Shown: positions 27,671 to 42,143 of the stretch, piece by piece
Numbering within the stretch: position 1 is the first letter of the stretch
Layout of the letters: the number at the start of each line of letters is the position of its first letter
DNA from: Octopus vulgaris
Taxonomy: Eukaryota
Length of the DNA: 64,000 bases
Assembly: GCA_951406725.2 (NCBI GenBank)
Contig: OX597819.1
Location: 131,378,001-131,442,000 of the forward strand
Direction of reading: 5' to 3'
Made by a program: the position numbers and the translations under genes
Notes under the pieces: generated by a model
Told to the model about the DNA's origin: nothing
The model's database searches: none
What the model saw: the letters and a program-made list of their open reading frames with translations, nothing else

Positions 27671-27701
27671 ATGTATATATAGGTATGTATAGCTATATCT
27701 G

Positions 27702-27746
<45 letters not shown>

Positions 27747-27768
27747 GTCTATCTATATACATATATAT

Positions 27769-27850
<82 letters not shown>

Positions 27851-28073
27851 TATATATATATTCTTTTATTTGTTTCAGTGATTTGACTGTGGCCATGCTG
27901 GAGCACTGCCTTTAGTCGAGCAAATTGACCCCAGGACTTATTCTTTGTAAGCCTAGTACTTATTCTATCGGTCTCTCTTGCCGAACTGCTAATTGACAGG
28001 GACATAAACATACCAGCATCAGTTGTCAAGCGATGTTGGGGGGACAAATACAGACGCACAAACATATACATGC

Positions 28074-28104
<31 letters not shown>

Positions 28105-30800
28105 CGACAGGCTTCTTTCAGTTTCTGTCTACCAAATCCACTCACAAGGCTTTGGTCGGCTTGAGGCTATAGTAGAAAACACTTGCTCAAAGTACCATGC
28201 AGTGGGAATGAACCCGGAACCATGTGGTTGGTAAGCAAGCTACTTACCACACTGCCACTCATCATCATCATCATCATCATTTAACAACCTCTTGGGCTGG
28301 ACAGTTTGACAGGAGCTGGCCAGGCAGAAGACTGTATCATGCTCCGCTGTCTATTTTGACATGGTTTTTATGGCTCGATGCCCTTCCTAACATGAACCAC
28401 TCTGCAGAATGGATTATATATATTTCCTCCTCTCTTTTACGAGGTAGAAGCACTTACACACACACGAAGGAAACTTCCACCTACCAAATTCAATTACATT
28501 AAATTCTTTGTCGGCAACGTGAGGTTGTTTCGTGTTCATCATAACTTTTACAATACAGCTTTTAAGGAGCAAGAAATGTTATGACAACCCTTGTTGTCAT
28601 AACCGATGGAGCCCCACGATTATTGTTATCATGGTGCCGTCTAATAATGGCCAACACCAGTGCAGTCTGACCAGCATCCACGCTGGTGGCATGTAAAAAG
28701 TACCATTCAAGCGTCGGGCCTTGTGATAGGTGACCACAACCCCTGGTGGTATACTGAGCTTGTGTTGACCTGTCAAGCTAAGTGAGACCATTGTCATGGC
28801 TGATGTCAGGTCAATGGCACCCATGCCAGTGGCATGTAAAAGCACTCACTACACTCTTGGTTGGCATTAGGAAGGGCATCTAACCATAGAAACCTTGCTA
28901 AATCAGATCGGAACCTGGTGCAGCCCCCACAGCTTACCAGTTTCCCAGTCAAACCGTCCAACCCATGCCAGCATGGAAAGCGGACATTAAACGATGATGA
29001 TGATGGTTGTTATATTTTGATCCTCATCCTTGCCTTTACCTTCAAACTTGTTGTTGTTGTTGTTGTTACAAAGGCAATTAGTTCAATTGGCTTAATCAAA
29101 GAGTCTAATTTCTTCAAGAAAGAACATTATTTTTACTGAAAAATTCTTTTGAAAAGAAGTCAAATCATTTCAGTTGTTTTAAATTCTGATGGAAATACCA
29201 AAAATGAACAACTTTTAAAAGGTGTGAAAGAGAACTTGTTGAATAACCTCAAGATGGCCTCAGAATTTATAATTACTTTATAAATAATTTGACTGGGAAT
29301 TTTTAAGAAATAGAACACAGTTTGGGAAATTCCTAATTGTATTTTTAGACAAATTTTCTAGGAATCCCAAGATAAAAACTCCATTTTTTGTGCAGGGGTG
29401 TGACAGGGGTGTGCTTGAGTGTACACATGCTTGTCTCCATATTTTGTGGGATATTCTGGAGTACTTCAGGTGGATTGTCTAAATTATTTCTCTGAAGGGT
29501 TTGACAGGTTTAATCCCTCTCTCTCTTTCTCTTTCTTTCTCCCCCTCCCTCTCTCTCTCTCTGCCTTCTTCTTCCATCTTTCTATCACTTTCTCAAGAAT
29601 ACAGGATGACAATCCTACAGCTATCAAAACACACTTGATAATGGAACAAAGCCCCTATACATTTCTTAAGCTTTAAAGGTGGGGCTGATAAGATCTTACA
29701 AGTGCCCCCCCACCCATATTAGAACTAATTAGTCGTCATTAAACATTATATTCAACAACTGTCAACTTATCTCAAGTACTTACTCTTTACTCTTTTACTT
29801 GTTTCAATCATTTGACTGCGGCCATGCTGGAGCACCGCCTTTTTAATCGAGCAACTCGACCCTGGGACTTATTCTTTTGTAAGCTCAGTACTTATTCTAT
29901 TGGTCTCTTTTGCCGAACCGCTAAGTGACGGGGACATAAACACACCAGCATCGGTTGTCAAGCAATGCTAGGGGACAAACACAGACACACAAACACACAC
30001 ACACATATATATATATACATATATACGACGGGCTTCTTTCAGTTTCCATCTACCAAATCCACTCACAAGGCTTTGGTCGGCCCGAGGCTATAGTAGAAGA
30101 CACTTGCCCAAGGTGCCACACAGTGGGACTGAACCCGGAACCATGTGGTTGGTAGACAAGCTACTTACCACACCGCCATCCTGTGCCTAGTTGTTTATTA
30201 AGATTCTCTTCTCAGTCTTTATCCTTTTTCTAAATAATTTTTGGTAAATTTCCTGGAAGCTATGCTTGCAATGTGATCCTAGGTCCTGGCTTTCCTCCAA
30301 CAGGTTTATGGTTGAGCTTTTAATAATGGAGACCTCTGGTGTTCTTGGCCTCCAGACCCCATCCCTGCTCACCACTCTCAGGGCAGAGATGGCTGTCCAC
30401 AAATGTAAGCCCCACAGGGGTTAAAGTGTTTGTCCCTGTGCATCTCCCTCACCATCCTCCAGGATAATGACTTTTCCATTTCCATGAGAAATGTTTCTTA
30501 ATAAAGATATATAATTAACACATATTAACACCTGAACACCTCCACACTACTTATTCAAATCATATGAAGTAAAAACCAAGTGATTTAATTAAATGATTTG
30601 GGCCAGGATGGAAAAGAATGGTGAACTCAAGAAAAAAAATTGGTAGCACATTGTGACTAGCGATGTATAACAATGTCCAATAGTCTGGTTGATAAAATAT
30701 TAGTGACAAATATATATATATATATATATTTATCATCATCATCACCATCATTATTTAACATCGATTTTCCATGCTGGCATGTGCTGGACAATATATATAT

Positions 30801-31200
30801 CAGGCATGAGCCGTCAGTAATTACTCAGGGTAGGCAGTTGGTGACATTTATGTAGTAAAACACAAAAAATAAGCGAAACACAGGACTGAGTTGGAGGCAG
30901 ATTTACTTCTGCCTTTATAATGCGTAAAGAAAACGTTGTTGTAGGAGTGTACGCAGCATGTGTACTACGGCATTACTATGCGTAGCTTTAATACTGAGAT
31001 TGAAAAGCAGGAGTGAATTATGCCTACTTAATCTACAGAAGAAATAAGATCTTTTGCAATTTATGCAGAGTAATCAGAGTAACGTTCATAATTTTATTGA
31101 ATTAGGTGCATATTTTGCCATGAAAGGAAAATGTTGCTATTGATCTATTTTATTCAAGGTGGGCACTGCCTACCTTGCCTACCTAGGTGGCACATCCCTG
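30801..31200. mobile_element. Probable hAT MITE
   Basis: Imperfect TIR CAGGCATGAGCC / GGCACATCCCTG, subterminal GGTAGGCAG / CTGCCTACC, degenerate 8-bp TSD. Confidence 0.5.
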
Positions 31201-33872
31201 GTATCTATATGATAATAATTGCATGGGAATACAATTATTAGTCCACTCTGCTGAATGGTTGGTGAATGGTTGGTGTTAGGAAGGGCATCCAGCTGTAAAA
31301 ATCCTGCCAAAACAGTCACAGAAGTCTTGTGCAGGTTTCTGCCTGGTCAGCTCCTGTCAAACCGTCCTACCCATGCCAGCATGGAGGGCGGACGTTAAGT
31401 GATGATGATGATGATGATGATGATATATACCCATGCCAGCATGGAAAACAGACGTTAAAGGATGATATCATCATTATCATCATCATCATCATTTAACATC
31501 CACTTTCCATGCTGGCATGGGTTGGATAGTTTGACTGAAAACTGGTAAGCTGGAGAGCTGCACCAGGCTCCAGTCTTGATCTGGCAAGGTTTCTACAGCT
31601 GGATGCCCTTCCTAATGCCAACCACTCCAAGAGTGTAATGGGTGCTTTTTATGTGCCACCAGTATAGGTGCCATTGATGTGGCACCAGTACTGGCCATGA
31701 CTATGGTCTCACTTGGTTTGGCTGGTCAACACAAGCACAGTATATCACCAAAGGGCTTGGTCACCTGTCACTGCCTCCATGAGGCCCAATGCTCAAATGG
31801 TGCCTTTTACATGCCAACTCACGCACACAGAAACACATACACACGCATACATATATCGTCGTCGTCATCATCATCATCATCATCATCATCATTTGATGTG
31901 TGTCTTGCATGCTTCATGAGAGAGATGGAATGTGTTAAGACTGAGTTTCTAAGGTGGATGCCCCTTCTAGTTGCCAATCCACACCTGTCTCCAAGCGAGG
32001 TAATTAACATTTTCTCATGACAAGGTATGTTTTCCTGGAAACACTGGAAACAAACAAAATTGTTTAAACAAAATTGTTTATATAATCACAAAAGTCATTT
32101 ACAATCATCCTATGATGTACACACACACACACACACATGCACTTACAAATACACACACATACACATATTCGACAGGCTCTTTTCAGTTTCCATCTACCAA
32201 ATCTACTCACAAAGGTGTGGTCAGCCTAGGGCTATAACAGAAGGTACTTGCACCATGTAGTGGGACTGAACCTGAGACCACATGGTCAGGAAGCAAGCTT
32301 CTTTACCACGCAGCCATTCTTACACCTTAATAGAAACAGTGAAATTGCTTACCTCTCATACAGGAAATTGCAAGCTGATACACCATAAATCCAATTAGTG
32401 TCTGGACTGAATCTCATGAATTATTCAGTTTGTACATACTATGTATGTCAGTATGTTTGTGTGTGTATGTATGTATAAACATAATATGTATGTATGTATG
32501 TATTTATGTATAAGCATAACATTTGTGTATGTATGTATGTATATGTGTGTATATATTTACATATAAACATAATATTTGTGTGTGTATATATGTATGTATT
32601 TATGTATAAACATGTGTGTATGTATGTACGTATGCATGTATGTATATATGTGTGTATGTATTTATGCATGTATGTATGATTATATGTATATATATGTGCA
32701 TATGTATTTATGTATAAACATGTTTTGTATGCATGTATGCATGTATGTATGTATATATGTATATATGTGTGTATCTATTTATGTATAAACATACGTTTGT
32801 ATATCATCATCATCATCATTGTTTAACGTCCGCTTTCCATGCTAGCATGGGTTGGACGAATGACTGAGGTCTGGCAAACCAGATGGCTGCACCAGGCTTC
32901 AATCTTGATCTGGCAGAGTTTCTACAGCTGGATGCCCTTCCTAGCGCCAACCACTCCGAGAGTGTAGTGGGTGTTTTTACGTGCCACTGGTACGGGGCCA
33001 GTCAGGTGGTACTGGCAACGACCTCGCTCGAATCTTTTACACATGCCACCGGCACAGGTGCCAGTGAGGCTATTGATTTCTCTTTGAGTTTTATTGAAGT
33101 TCTTCTCCAAAGAATTCAAAGCTGATCACTAATAAAGCAACAAGACATTTTGAGTTAAGACGCTTCCTAGTGTTTGCAAGTTTGTGGCTGACCGGTCACT
33201 GCACACAGCCACAGGTGTGGGCATCAACGAATCTCTGATGTGAATCTTTGAAATGTCTTACAAATCCCCATTGTGCCACCAACTGAATGGGTTTGGAGAA
33301 TCCTTGCCAGTTTCTTTTGCTCTTTCTTCAAACATCCAGGTGTGGCTGTGTGGTAAGAAGTTTGCTTCCCAACCACTTAGTTCTGGGTTCAGTCCCACTG
33401 TATGGCACCTTGGGCAAGTGTCTTCTACTATAGCTTCAGGCCAACCAAAAGACTTGTGAGTGGATTTTGGTAGATGGAAACTGAAAGAATCCTATTGCAT
33501 GTGTGTGTTGTGCACATGTGTGTGTGTACATGAATATATATGTGTGTGTCTTTGTGTCTGTGTTTGTCTCCCTCCACTGCTTGATTACTGGTGTTGGTGT
33601 GTTTACATCCCCATAACTTAGTGGTTCAGCAAAAGACACCAAGTGAATGAGTACTAGGCTAAAAAAGCAAAAAAGCAAAAAAAAATTCTTCAAGGCAGTG
33701 CCCCAGCATGGCCACAGTCTAATGACTGAAGCAAAGAACAAATAAAAGATAATAGATCTTTAGGTTTTAGTGCCAATTTGTTGATTCAAAGCCTAATGTA
33801 CTTTTGATGACAGGTACAAACGAGAATTTTTAGTCAGGCTACCTGGAGGTTCTGCATTGATTCACCATAAAT

Positions 33873-34126
33873 TATTTACATTATTTACATTTGACAGATA
33901 TTACATCTTGTTTGTTGTTAACACAATGTTTCAGCTGATAAACCCTCCAGCCTTTGAAAAATACCTTAGGAATGAGAACCCAGGTTCGAAATTTCCCCAA
34001 GACACCTGAAGAAGGCTGGAGGGTATACCAGCCGAAACGTTGTGTTAGCAACAAACAAGATGAGGACAAATATCCGTCGAATGTAAATAATGTAAATAAT
34101 TCCTCATCTCTTAAATATTGAACTGT
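33873..34126 (+). mobile_element. Penelope-like mini-insertion: inverted partial pLTR plus direct pLTR with HHR
   Basis: 13-bp TSD ATTCACCATAAAT (33860-33872, 34127-34139); 33873-33952 is antisense to about 34012-34100. Confidence 0.8.
34001..34046 (+). ncRNA. Minimal type-I hammerhead ribozyme motif
   Basis: GACAC-CTGAAGA-A-GGCTGG..CCAGCC-GAAACGTT-GTGTT; differs from the 15068 copy only at N7 and the unpaired base. Confidence 0.8.
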
Positions 34127-34403
34127 ATTCACCATAAATGTTCTCTTCTTTCTGAACTTTTCACAGTACATTCACTGCACTGGTCAGCTAACCTCTGCAA
34201 TAATGCGTGACTTTTGTCCCCAATCCCACAGAACAATATCAGGTCTGTTTTGGCTTTCACTGAATTGCTGTTTCACCTGCATTCTTTGGTTTTAAAGGTG
34301 TGAATACCTGCTGGTTCTGACACGCCTTTGATGTATTTCAGGGTAATCCTTCCTGTCAATAACATTGTAAAAAAAACCTTTGTAAATTAGTTTTATTTCA
34401 AGA

Positions 34404-34786
34404 CTAGCAGTATCGCCCGGCGTTGCTCAGGTTTGTAAGGGAAATAACTATAAAGCATTTTTAGAGAGTTATAGCCAAAAAATAGCAAAAAAATGGAAAA
34501 AAAATGATGGTAAATTTTTTTGAGAGTTAAAAAAGGTGGAGTTGCGTCCCCTAGACTGTCTGTGGTTTGGGTTTCTGATTCTCGACCCCATGTCGAATTT
34601 ATCGATTTTTTTCAGAACTGAGGGAACTTTTCAAAATGTTCGCTGCGTTAGTTTTGAATTATGACATTGGGCTATGTGTGTGTCAAGTTTCATCAGAATC
34701 GGTTGAAAGCCGTGGTCAGAGTGAGGGTACGAGAAAACAGACACACAGAAAACGCACAGACAAACTGCCGTTTATATAGAGAGAGA
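34404..34786 (-). mobile_element. Non-autonomous Helitron
   Basis: Minus strand begins TC and ends hairpin plus CTAG, in an A|T site; last 65 bp or so shared with 7220-7733. Confidence 0.8.
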
Positions 34787-36609
34787 TTTCTTCCCAATAG
34801 AGAAAGACCCGGTTTCTAACCTAGATCCAAGGCTCCTTCATTGAAATTTCAACAACAACAATAGGTATTTTTGTATGTACACATGTATGCATGTATGTAT
34901 TTATGTATGTATGTATGTATGTTTTGATGTATGTCTTCTCATGCATATAGTTGCATATCTAGACATGCTCATATATATTTAAATGATAAACTTCTGGAAA
35001 GTTTTACAGATTTTTACAGTTCCAGTGTATGTATGTATGTACGTACATAAATGTGTTTATGTATGTACACATGTTTGTGTGTGCATGTATAGGCAAGCAC
35101 TATTTCTTATAGAAAATTAAATCACTGCTACAATTTTATCAGAGAGGATTATGTAAGGCCAGGGCTGGTTTGAAGCCAATTAGTCAGATTTGTTCAAATT
35201 GGGTCCCACGCCAAGAGAGGACCCCACACACGTGCTCATGTGAAGGACACTATGAATTAAACCCTTTGACTGCGTCAAACAAAAATATCCACAAGATTCT
35301 TTTCGTCTTTTCGTATGATGAAACCCATGACTTTAGAAAAACATTTTATTTAACTGCAAAAGGAGAGCCAGGCAACATCTGAGAGGCAGGACACCATGAC
35401 CAGATCAGCCGAGTTATTCAACAAGCATAAGACCCATTCACAAACAGTGTACCAGTAATTATTTTGATTTGTATTACATTACAACTTTCGTATGAGCTTT
35501 CAGATTTTTGTACATCATTGTAGTGCTGCTGGACTGACTCCTGGGCAGGTGGCACGTAAAAAACACCACTTTCGAGCGTGGTCGTTGCCAGTACCGCTAG
35601 ACTGGCCCTCGTGCCGGCGGCACTTTAAAAGCACCCACTACACTCTTGGAGTGGTTGGTGTTAGGAAGGGCATCCAGATGTAGAAACTCTGCCAGATTAA
35701 GATTGGAACCTGGTGCAGCCATCTGGTTCGTCAGTCCTCAGTCAAATCGTCCAACCCATGCTAGCATGGAAAGCGGATGTTAAACAATGATGATGATGAT
35801 GATGATTGTAGCTAATGGTGGAGCCTCAACCCCTCAATGCTTTTTGGCTGCGACTGGCATACTACATGAAGTATAAAACATCAATCTTCAACTTTTGTAG
35901 AGTCGAGGGCCCCACTGATAATTCTTAAATTGGGCCTTGCACTTCCGAGTGCCAGCCCAGTATAAGGCTGTAGGAGAACATATTTAAAAGTAAGTGTATA
36001 TATCATGTTTTCTCTCCCAGAAATCCAGAGATAAAATGTATTACACGTCTCCTTTACAAATACTTTGAAAGTAAGGAGAATGGAAACAAAAACGATCTCT
36101 GTTACTCAATACGTAACAGAGACTCTAACACCAAACACTAAAAAACAAAAAACCGTAACTTATGATGTTGCAACAGAATATTTATACTTTATGTGTAAAT
36201 TCTGATGTAACACTTCAAAATGTTACGCAAGAAACTAGAAACTTCGTTAAGCGTCTATGGAAACACTCCTCCCAGCAACAAACGAATTAAGGTCACTCTA
36301 TAGAGAGAGACTATTTTAATATCAGATAATTGGTGTCTACTTGACAGCAGTGTTTTCTCTTCCATTCGCAATCTGGCACCGACAATATTCAGGCTGCGGA
36401 GACGGGCAAGTTGAGCTATTTCTACAGAAACACGTTTTCCTTTACAATGAGACTCAGCTCTGGTGCCATGCCAGCCCCACCCCACCCCACCCCTCCATCT
36501 CTTTCTCATCACAACAAACACAAAACTGAGTAGGAAACACAACGTAAAATGTGTCACCATCTTTGAAGGAATAAACAAACTGTAGCAAAGGTGTTATCGA
36601 CTTTTTCTC

Positions 36610-36689
36610 TACTTACACACACACACACACACACAAATATAATTTAATGACTGAATGTATATGTGCACATATATAGATGTGTATGTGCA

Positions 36690-36774
<85 letters not shown>

Positions 36775-36779
36775 GTATG

Positions 36780-36842
<63 letters not shown>

Positions 36843-36843
36843 G

Positions 36844-36925
<82 letters not shown>

Positions 36926-36950
36926 GTATGTATGTATGTATGTATGTATA
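36610..36950. repeat. (TA)n-rich microsatellite
   Basis: Direct inspection. Confidence 0.95.
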
Positions 36951-38319
36951 TAGGCGCAGCTGTGTGGTAAGAAGCTTGCTTCCCAACCACATTGTTCTAC
37001 GTTCAGTCCCTCTGCGTGGCACCTTGGGCAAATGCCTTCTACTAAGTCTTGTGAGTGGATTTTGTAGATGGAAACTGAAAGAAGCCCATCGTATATATAC
37101 ATACATACATACATATTTGTGTATGTGTGTGTATGTGTGTATTAATAAAAGTGGAATTCTGTCTGTCCGTCTGGGACCCTTATTTCTCAGTCTACCTTTG
37201 TGCTACATAGACATATTCTACCTTTTTGGAATTAGGATGACAGTTTGAGGATCTTTTCCTTTTGAACGGCACTTTGTAACATAATTTCTAGGTAACTAAA
37301 AAGTTTAAAACTTCGTATACTGGTAGAATGTGTTTATAAAACATCTTTTTCTCTTGGCTTTATTGAGAAAATTCTATAGGTTGTAACATATTTCGTCTTT
37401 AATTTCGAGCATTTCGGCAATTTTAACCAATCGCTGACCTCCATTTAGGTAAATAACATTCTGTGCATAATGAATATGTCCCTCCTTTAAGAAACAGATT
37501 GGGTTTATTTACATTTGTGAAGAAAAAGGATACCCTTCCCCAACCCCTAACCCTAATCCCAGTTTGACATGTGATTCAGTTGATCCGACCAACAGAAAGA
37601 TCCTGGTGGTGGAATTGACATGCAAGTGGCTGAGTACTCCACAGACACACGTGTACCCTCATCGTAATTCGTAGAGAGATTCAGCGTGACACAGAATGTG
37701 ACAAGGCCGGTCCTTCGAATCACAGGCACGACTCGTATTTTACCAGATGTGTGGGCTGGAACAACGTGAAATAGAGTGTCTTGTTTAAGGACTCAACGTG
37801 CAGCCAGAGCTAAGTACCCTAACCACTGAGCCACGTGCCTTCACACGCTCTCTATCTCTCACACACACGCTCCCCCCACTGTGCTCATATTTACCATCGA
37901 CAGCCCCCCCCCCCGTCCCTCTTAGTCACTATTCACTACTTCCACCTGTACGTACCCCCTACCGTTCTCCTCCCACACTCCCTTCTGTGACAGGCGCGAG
38001 ATTTGACTCTTATTTCTAGCAAAGTCAAGCCACTTTGCACAGCAGGCACGAGAAATATTTCCCAAGAAGCGGGCCGCGTTACTAAACATATTTCAAGGTA
38101 ATTTCTCATTAGTCATGCCATTCAGTAAGTCCCGCGGGCCGCAGGTTGCCGTTGCCCATGGCTCTTGTAAAGATCCGTTCCTTAAGGAATTATGTGCGTC
38201 TCTCAAAATCTAAATTTCAAGATTGAAAAAGCTTAAAGAATCGTTTAAGAAATATTGGGCGGGTCGGGCCTGTCGCATGTGAAAAATAAATAAGTAAATA
38301 AATAAATAAATAAATAATA

Positions 38320-38353
<34 letters not shown>

Positions 38354-38564
38354 TAATAATAATAATAAAGTAGTAGTAGTAGTAGTAGTAGTAAGTGTAT
38401 TAATATAGGTTTAGGACGTCCACGAGAGTGGTTGTGGTGGTGGTGGCGGCGGCGGTGGTGGTGGTGATGGTGGTGGTGGTGATGGTGGTGGTGGTGGTGA
38501 TGGTGGTTGTGGTGGTGGTGTTGAAGGTGGAGCTGGTGACGAAATGTTAGTAACAGTAGCAGCA

Positions 38565-38810
38565 CCGTTATTTCCCGCCTTAATGACGCAAGTTATGGAA
38601 GGAAGAGGAGGAGGGAGAGGAGAAGAAGAAGACGTACAACAACAACAGCAACAACAAGATAATAGAATTATTGTTATTTTGATTGTTTGTAGAAAAAAAA
38701 ATAGGAAAGTCAAAACTGATCCGAGATAGATTTACTGTAAATAAAATCGTCAGCGAAGCCATCGAGATTATAAAGTCGTGGTTTTCCCGCCTCGAGAGGA
38801 AACGTCATTG
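38565..38810. promoter_or_regulatory. Promoter-like segment with two E2F-type motifs
   Basis: TTTCCCGCC at about 38571 and 38783, TGACGCAA and ACGTCA CRE-like half sites, locally CpG-rich. Confidence 0.3.
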
Positions 38811-39102
38811 AATAAGGAGAGCGAGACACACATTTAGAAGAAAAGTCACATCGTCAACATTATTAAACCTTTTTGTTAAACCTGTTTACACACACACACA
38901 GAGTTTTATCCATTTATGTTGTTTTTTTTAATTATTAAGTAAACCTTTTATGATAAATAAAATCATCATCGTCGTCATCATCGTCATCATCATTAATATT
39001 CATCCTAGATCGACCTTACCTTTCATCTTTTCGGAGTCCAGTTGAATACTAAGGGCCGATGTAATCAACTTACCCCACCCTCCCTGAAATTGCTGGCCAT
39101 GT

Positions 39103-39441
39103 GAAGGCGATGGCTCAGTGGTTAGAGCGTCGAGCTTACGATCGTGAGGTTGTGAGCTCGAATCCCGGACCGGGCTACGTGTTGTGTTCTTGAGCAAGAC
39201 ACTTTATTTCACGTTGCTCCAGTTCACTCAGCTGTAGAAATAAGTTGTAACGTCACAGGTGCCAAGCTGTATCGGCCCCTTTTGCCTTTCCCTTGGATAA
39301 CATTGGTGGCGTGGAGACGGGAGGCCAGTATGCATGGGCGACTGCTGGCCTTCCATAAACAACCTTGCTCGAACTTGTGCCTGGGAGGGTAACTTTCTAG
39401 GTGCAATCCCATGGTCTGTGTCGTGACCGAAGGGGGGTCTC
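39103..39441 (+). mobile_element. tRNA-derived SINE (family C) nested in an older family-A-like SINE
   Basis: A box TGGCTCAGTGG, B-box-like GCTCGAATCCC; both flanks are pieces of a family-A-like element. Confidence 0.75.
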
Positions 39442-39684
39442 AGATGTGCCAAAATATGAAACCATTATTTATTAATAATAATGAGTCGGCAGAATCGTTA
39501 CTACGCCGGACGAAATACCGCTAAACATTTCGTCCGTCGTTACGTTCTGAGTTCAAATTCCGCCGCGGTCGACTTTGCCTTTCATCCTTTCGATGTCGAT
39601 TAAATAAGTACCAGTTACGCCCTGGGGTCGATATTATTGACATACCTACACAAGTGTGCCCCACCCCACAAACACACATATCGA

Positions 39685-40384
39685 TTTTATTTCCTCGTGA
39701 CTTCTGGAAAAATGGAATTTTTTTTTCTAAAAATACGCTTCAGATGGTGGAGATTCCGATTAGATAAGAATTTGGGGTGGTTTTTTTTTTTTTCTTTTTT
39801 GCGAGGGTGAAAGTGAGAGGTTTTAGAAAATTCATGGGTTGGCTTTGTTTCATCATAACGTTCAGGAAAATAGGTATTTTGTTATGAAATTTTCTACAAA
39901 TACCTTACAGTGTGTGTAAATTACTATTATAACGGAATTCAATATGAAAAGAAATTTGGTGAGTTCATACTGACACACATCACATACAGCTACAAAAGGA
40001 AACCTGAAATTTCTAAAAACAAATTCTGTGTCAGTATGTTTGTGTACAAGATCATTTTTATTTTGGTTTTTAATTCATTTGAGATTCTTCCTATATAATC
40101 GTAATAACACACCCTGAAAAACAAAATTTCATTTAAAAATACGTTTTTTTTTTCTGAAAGTTATGAGGAAAAAAAGCGGACTCGTGCAAATTGCCAGAAA
40201 CTCATCACCAAAAGGTTTTTCACAAGAAATTCCGATATAGGCTCAGGAGTAGCTGTGTGGTAAAGTAGCTAGCTTACCAACCACATGGTCTCGGGTTCAG
40301 TCCCACTGCGTGGCACCTTGGGCAAATGTCTTCTACTATAGCTTGGGAGTGGATTTGGTGGACGGAAACTGAAAGAAGCCCGTC

Positions 40385-40432
<48 letters not shown>

Positions 40433-40745
40433 GCGTGTGTGTGTATATGTTTGTGTGTCTGTGTCTGTCACCCCAACATCGCTTGACAACCGATGCTGGT
40501 GTTTACGTCCCCGTAACCTGGCGGTTCGGCAAAAGAGACCGACAGAATAAGTACTAGGCTTACAAAGAATAAGTCCCGGGGTCGATTTGTTCGACAAAAT
40601 ACGGTGCTCCAGCATGGCCGCAATCAAATCACTGAAGCAAATAAAAGAACTTAATCGTAACCTACATCATCTCAGGCGTATTTATTAGAAAATTTCATTA
40701 AAAAAAACATCCATTTTTCTGAAAGTTATAAGGAAACACAGTCGG
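39685..40745. mobile_element. Second copy of the foldback-like MITE, interrupted by a family-B SINE
   Basis: Same subrepeats as 9225-9875; SINE at 40238-40650 inserted in the right arm. Confidence 0.65.
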
Positions 40746-40800
40746 GGGGGGGGGCACTTGTTTAAGTACATCCTTATTATTATTATAATTATTATTATTA

Positions 40801-40837
<37 letters not shown>

Positions 40838-40926
40838 TTATTATTATTATTTTATTATTATTATTATTTTTATTTTTATTATTATTATTTTTATTATTAT
40901 TATTATTTTTTTTATTATTATTATTA

Positions 40927-40967
<41 letters not shown>

Positions 40968-41536
40968 CATTATTATTATTATCATCATTATCAGCTGTTC
41001 ATTACCAGTGAACTAATTATTGTTGTTGTTGTTGTTATCATTATTATTATGTCAGTGCTTGGTGTTTTTCGTATGACTCATAGAATATGTAGCATTAAAT
41101 AAAGTGAAGCTCCCATTTTGATAGTTACACAAAGCTTCCATTCAATAAATTTACAAAGCCTTTTGTCGTGGTTCGTTTTTCATTTATTTCTGATCCAAAA
41201 ATATTTATATTTCTAGAAATAAAGAGAGAAAGAAGTAAAACAAAATTATGTAATTACTTGTAGCGGGTTATAATAATAATTGCTTTATCATGTCATCTAG
41301 ATTTTTAGATTTTTGTTTTTTAATATTTGAAGCTAAAACAACAACAGAAAATAGAGATCGGACTCTAACAAGGATTGATTCGGTATTTAGGATATTGTAT
41401 GCCAGATAAATAATTGTCAACTATGTGTGTGTGTGTGTACAAAAAATAATAAGCAAAAAACATGCGTGGTATTCAAAGCGTATAGGACATACACTGTGCT
41501 TCCCACCCTTTTTTCTTTTTTATTATTATTATTATA

Positions 41537-41948
41537 ATCGCAGGAGTGGCTGTGTGCTAAGTAGCTTGCTAACCAACCACAAGGTTCCGGGTTCAGTCCC
41601 ACTGTGTGGCATCTTTGGCAAGTGTCTTCTGCTATAGCCCCGGGCCGACCAATGCCTTGTGAGTGGATTTGGTAGACGGAAACTGAAAGAAGCCCGTCGT
41701 ATATATGTACATATATATGTGTATGTGTGTGTGTATGTGTATCTGTGTTTGTCCCCCTAGCATTGCTTGACAACCGATGCTGGTGTGTTTACGTCCCTCT
41801 CACTTAGCGGTTCGGCAAAAGAGACCGATAAAATAAGTACTGGACTTACAAAAAAAGAATAAGTCCCGGGGTCGAGTTGCTCGATTAAAGGCGGTGCTCC
41901 AGCATGGCCGCAGTCAAATGACTGAAACAAGTAAAAGAGTAAAAGAGT
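41537..41948 (+). mobile_element. Family-B SINE, near full length
   Basis: tRNA-like head (TGGCTGTGTG.., GGGTTCAGTCCC), internal microsatellite, (GTAAAAGA)n tail. Confidence 0.9.
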
Positions 41949-42143
41949 ATATATATATATATATACAAATAAGCAACAAGGATAATCACCCCATATGATT
42001 TCTATGGATAATCCCATACCAAATTCTGGTGCCTTTAACTTAAGTACCATATTCATCTGAATCTAAACTTTTGCTGAACTTATATATATATATATATTTC
42101 AGCGCCTTGACTGTTAATCTGAGCGCTTACGACTGTTAACCTA

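Larger units (their letters stand above)
33760..34350 (-). mobile_element. Degraded REL-endonuclease LINE fragment, interrupted by a pLTR insertion
   Basis: Minus-strand PDIVLWD...IIAEVS*P...FSFVPVI motif. Confidence 0.5.

Noticed and set aside
33080-33335. Possible hAT dimerisation-domain remnant (NPFSWW) on the minus strand
   Set aside because: Too degenerate to assign
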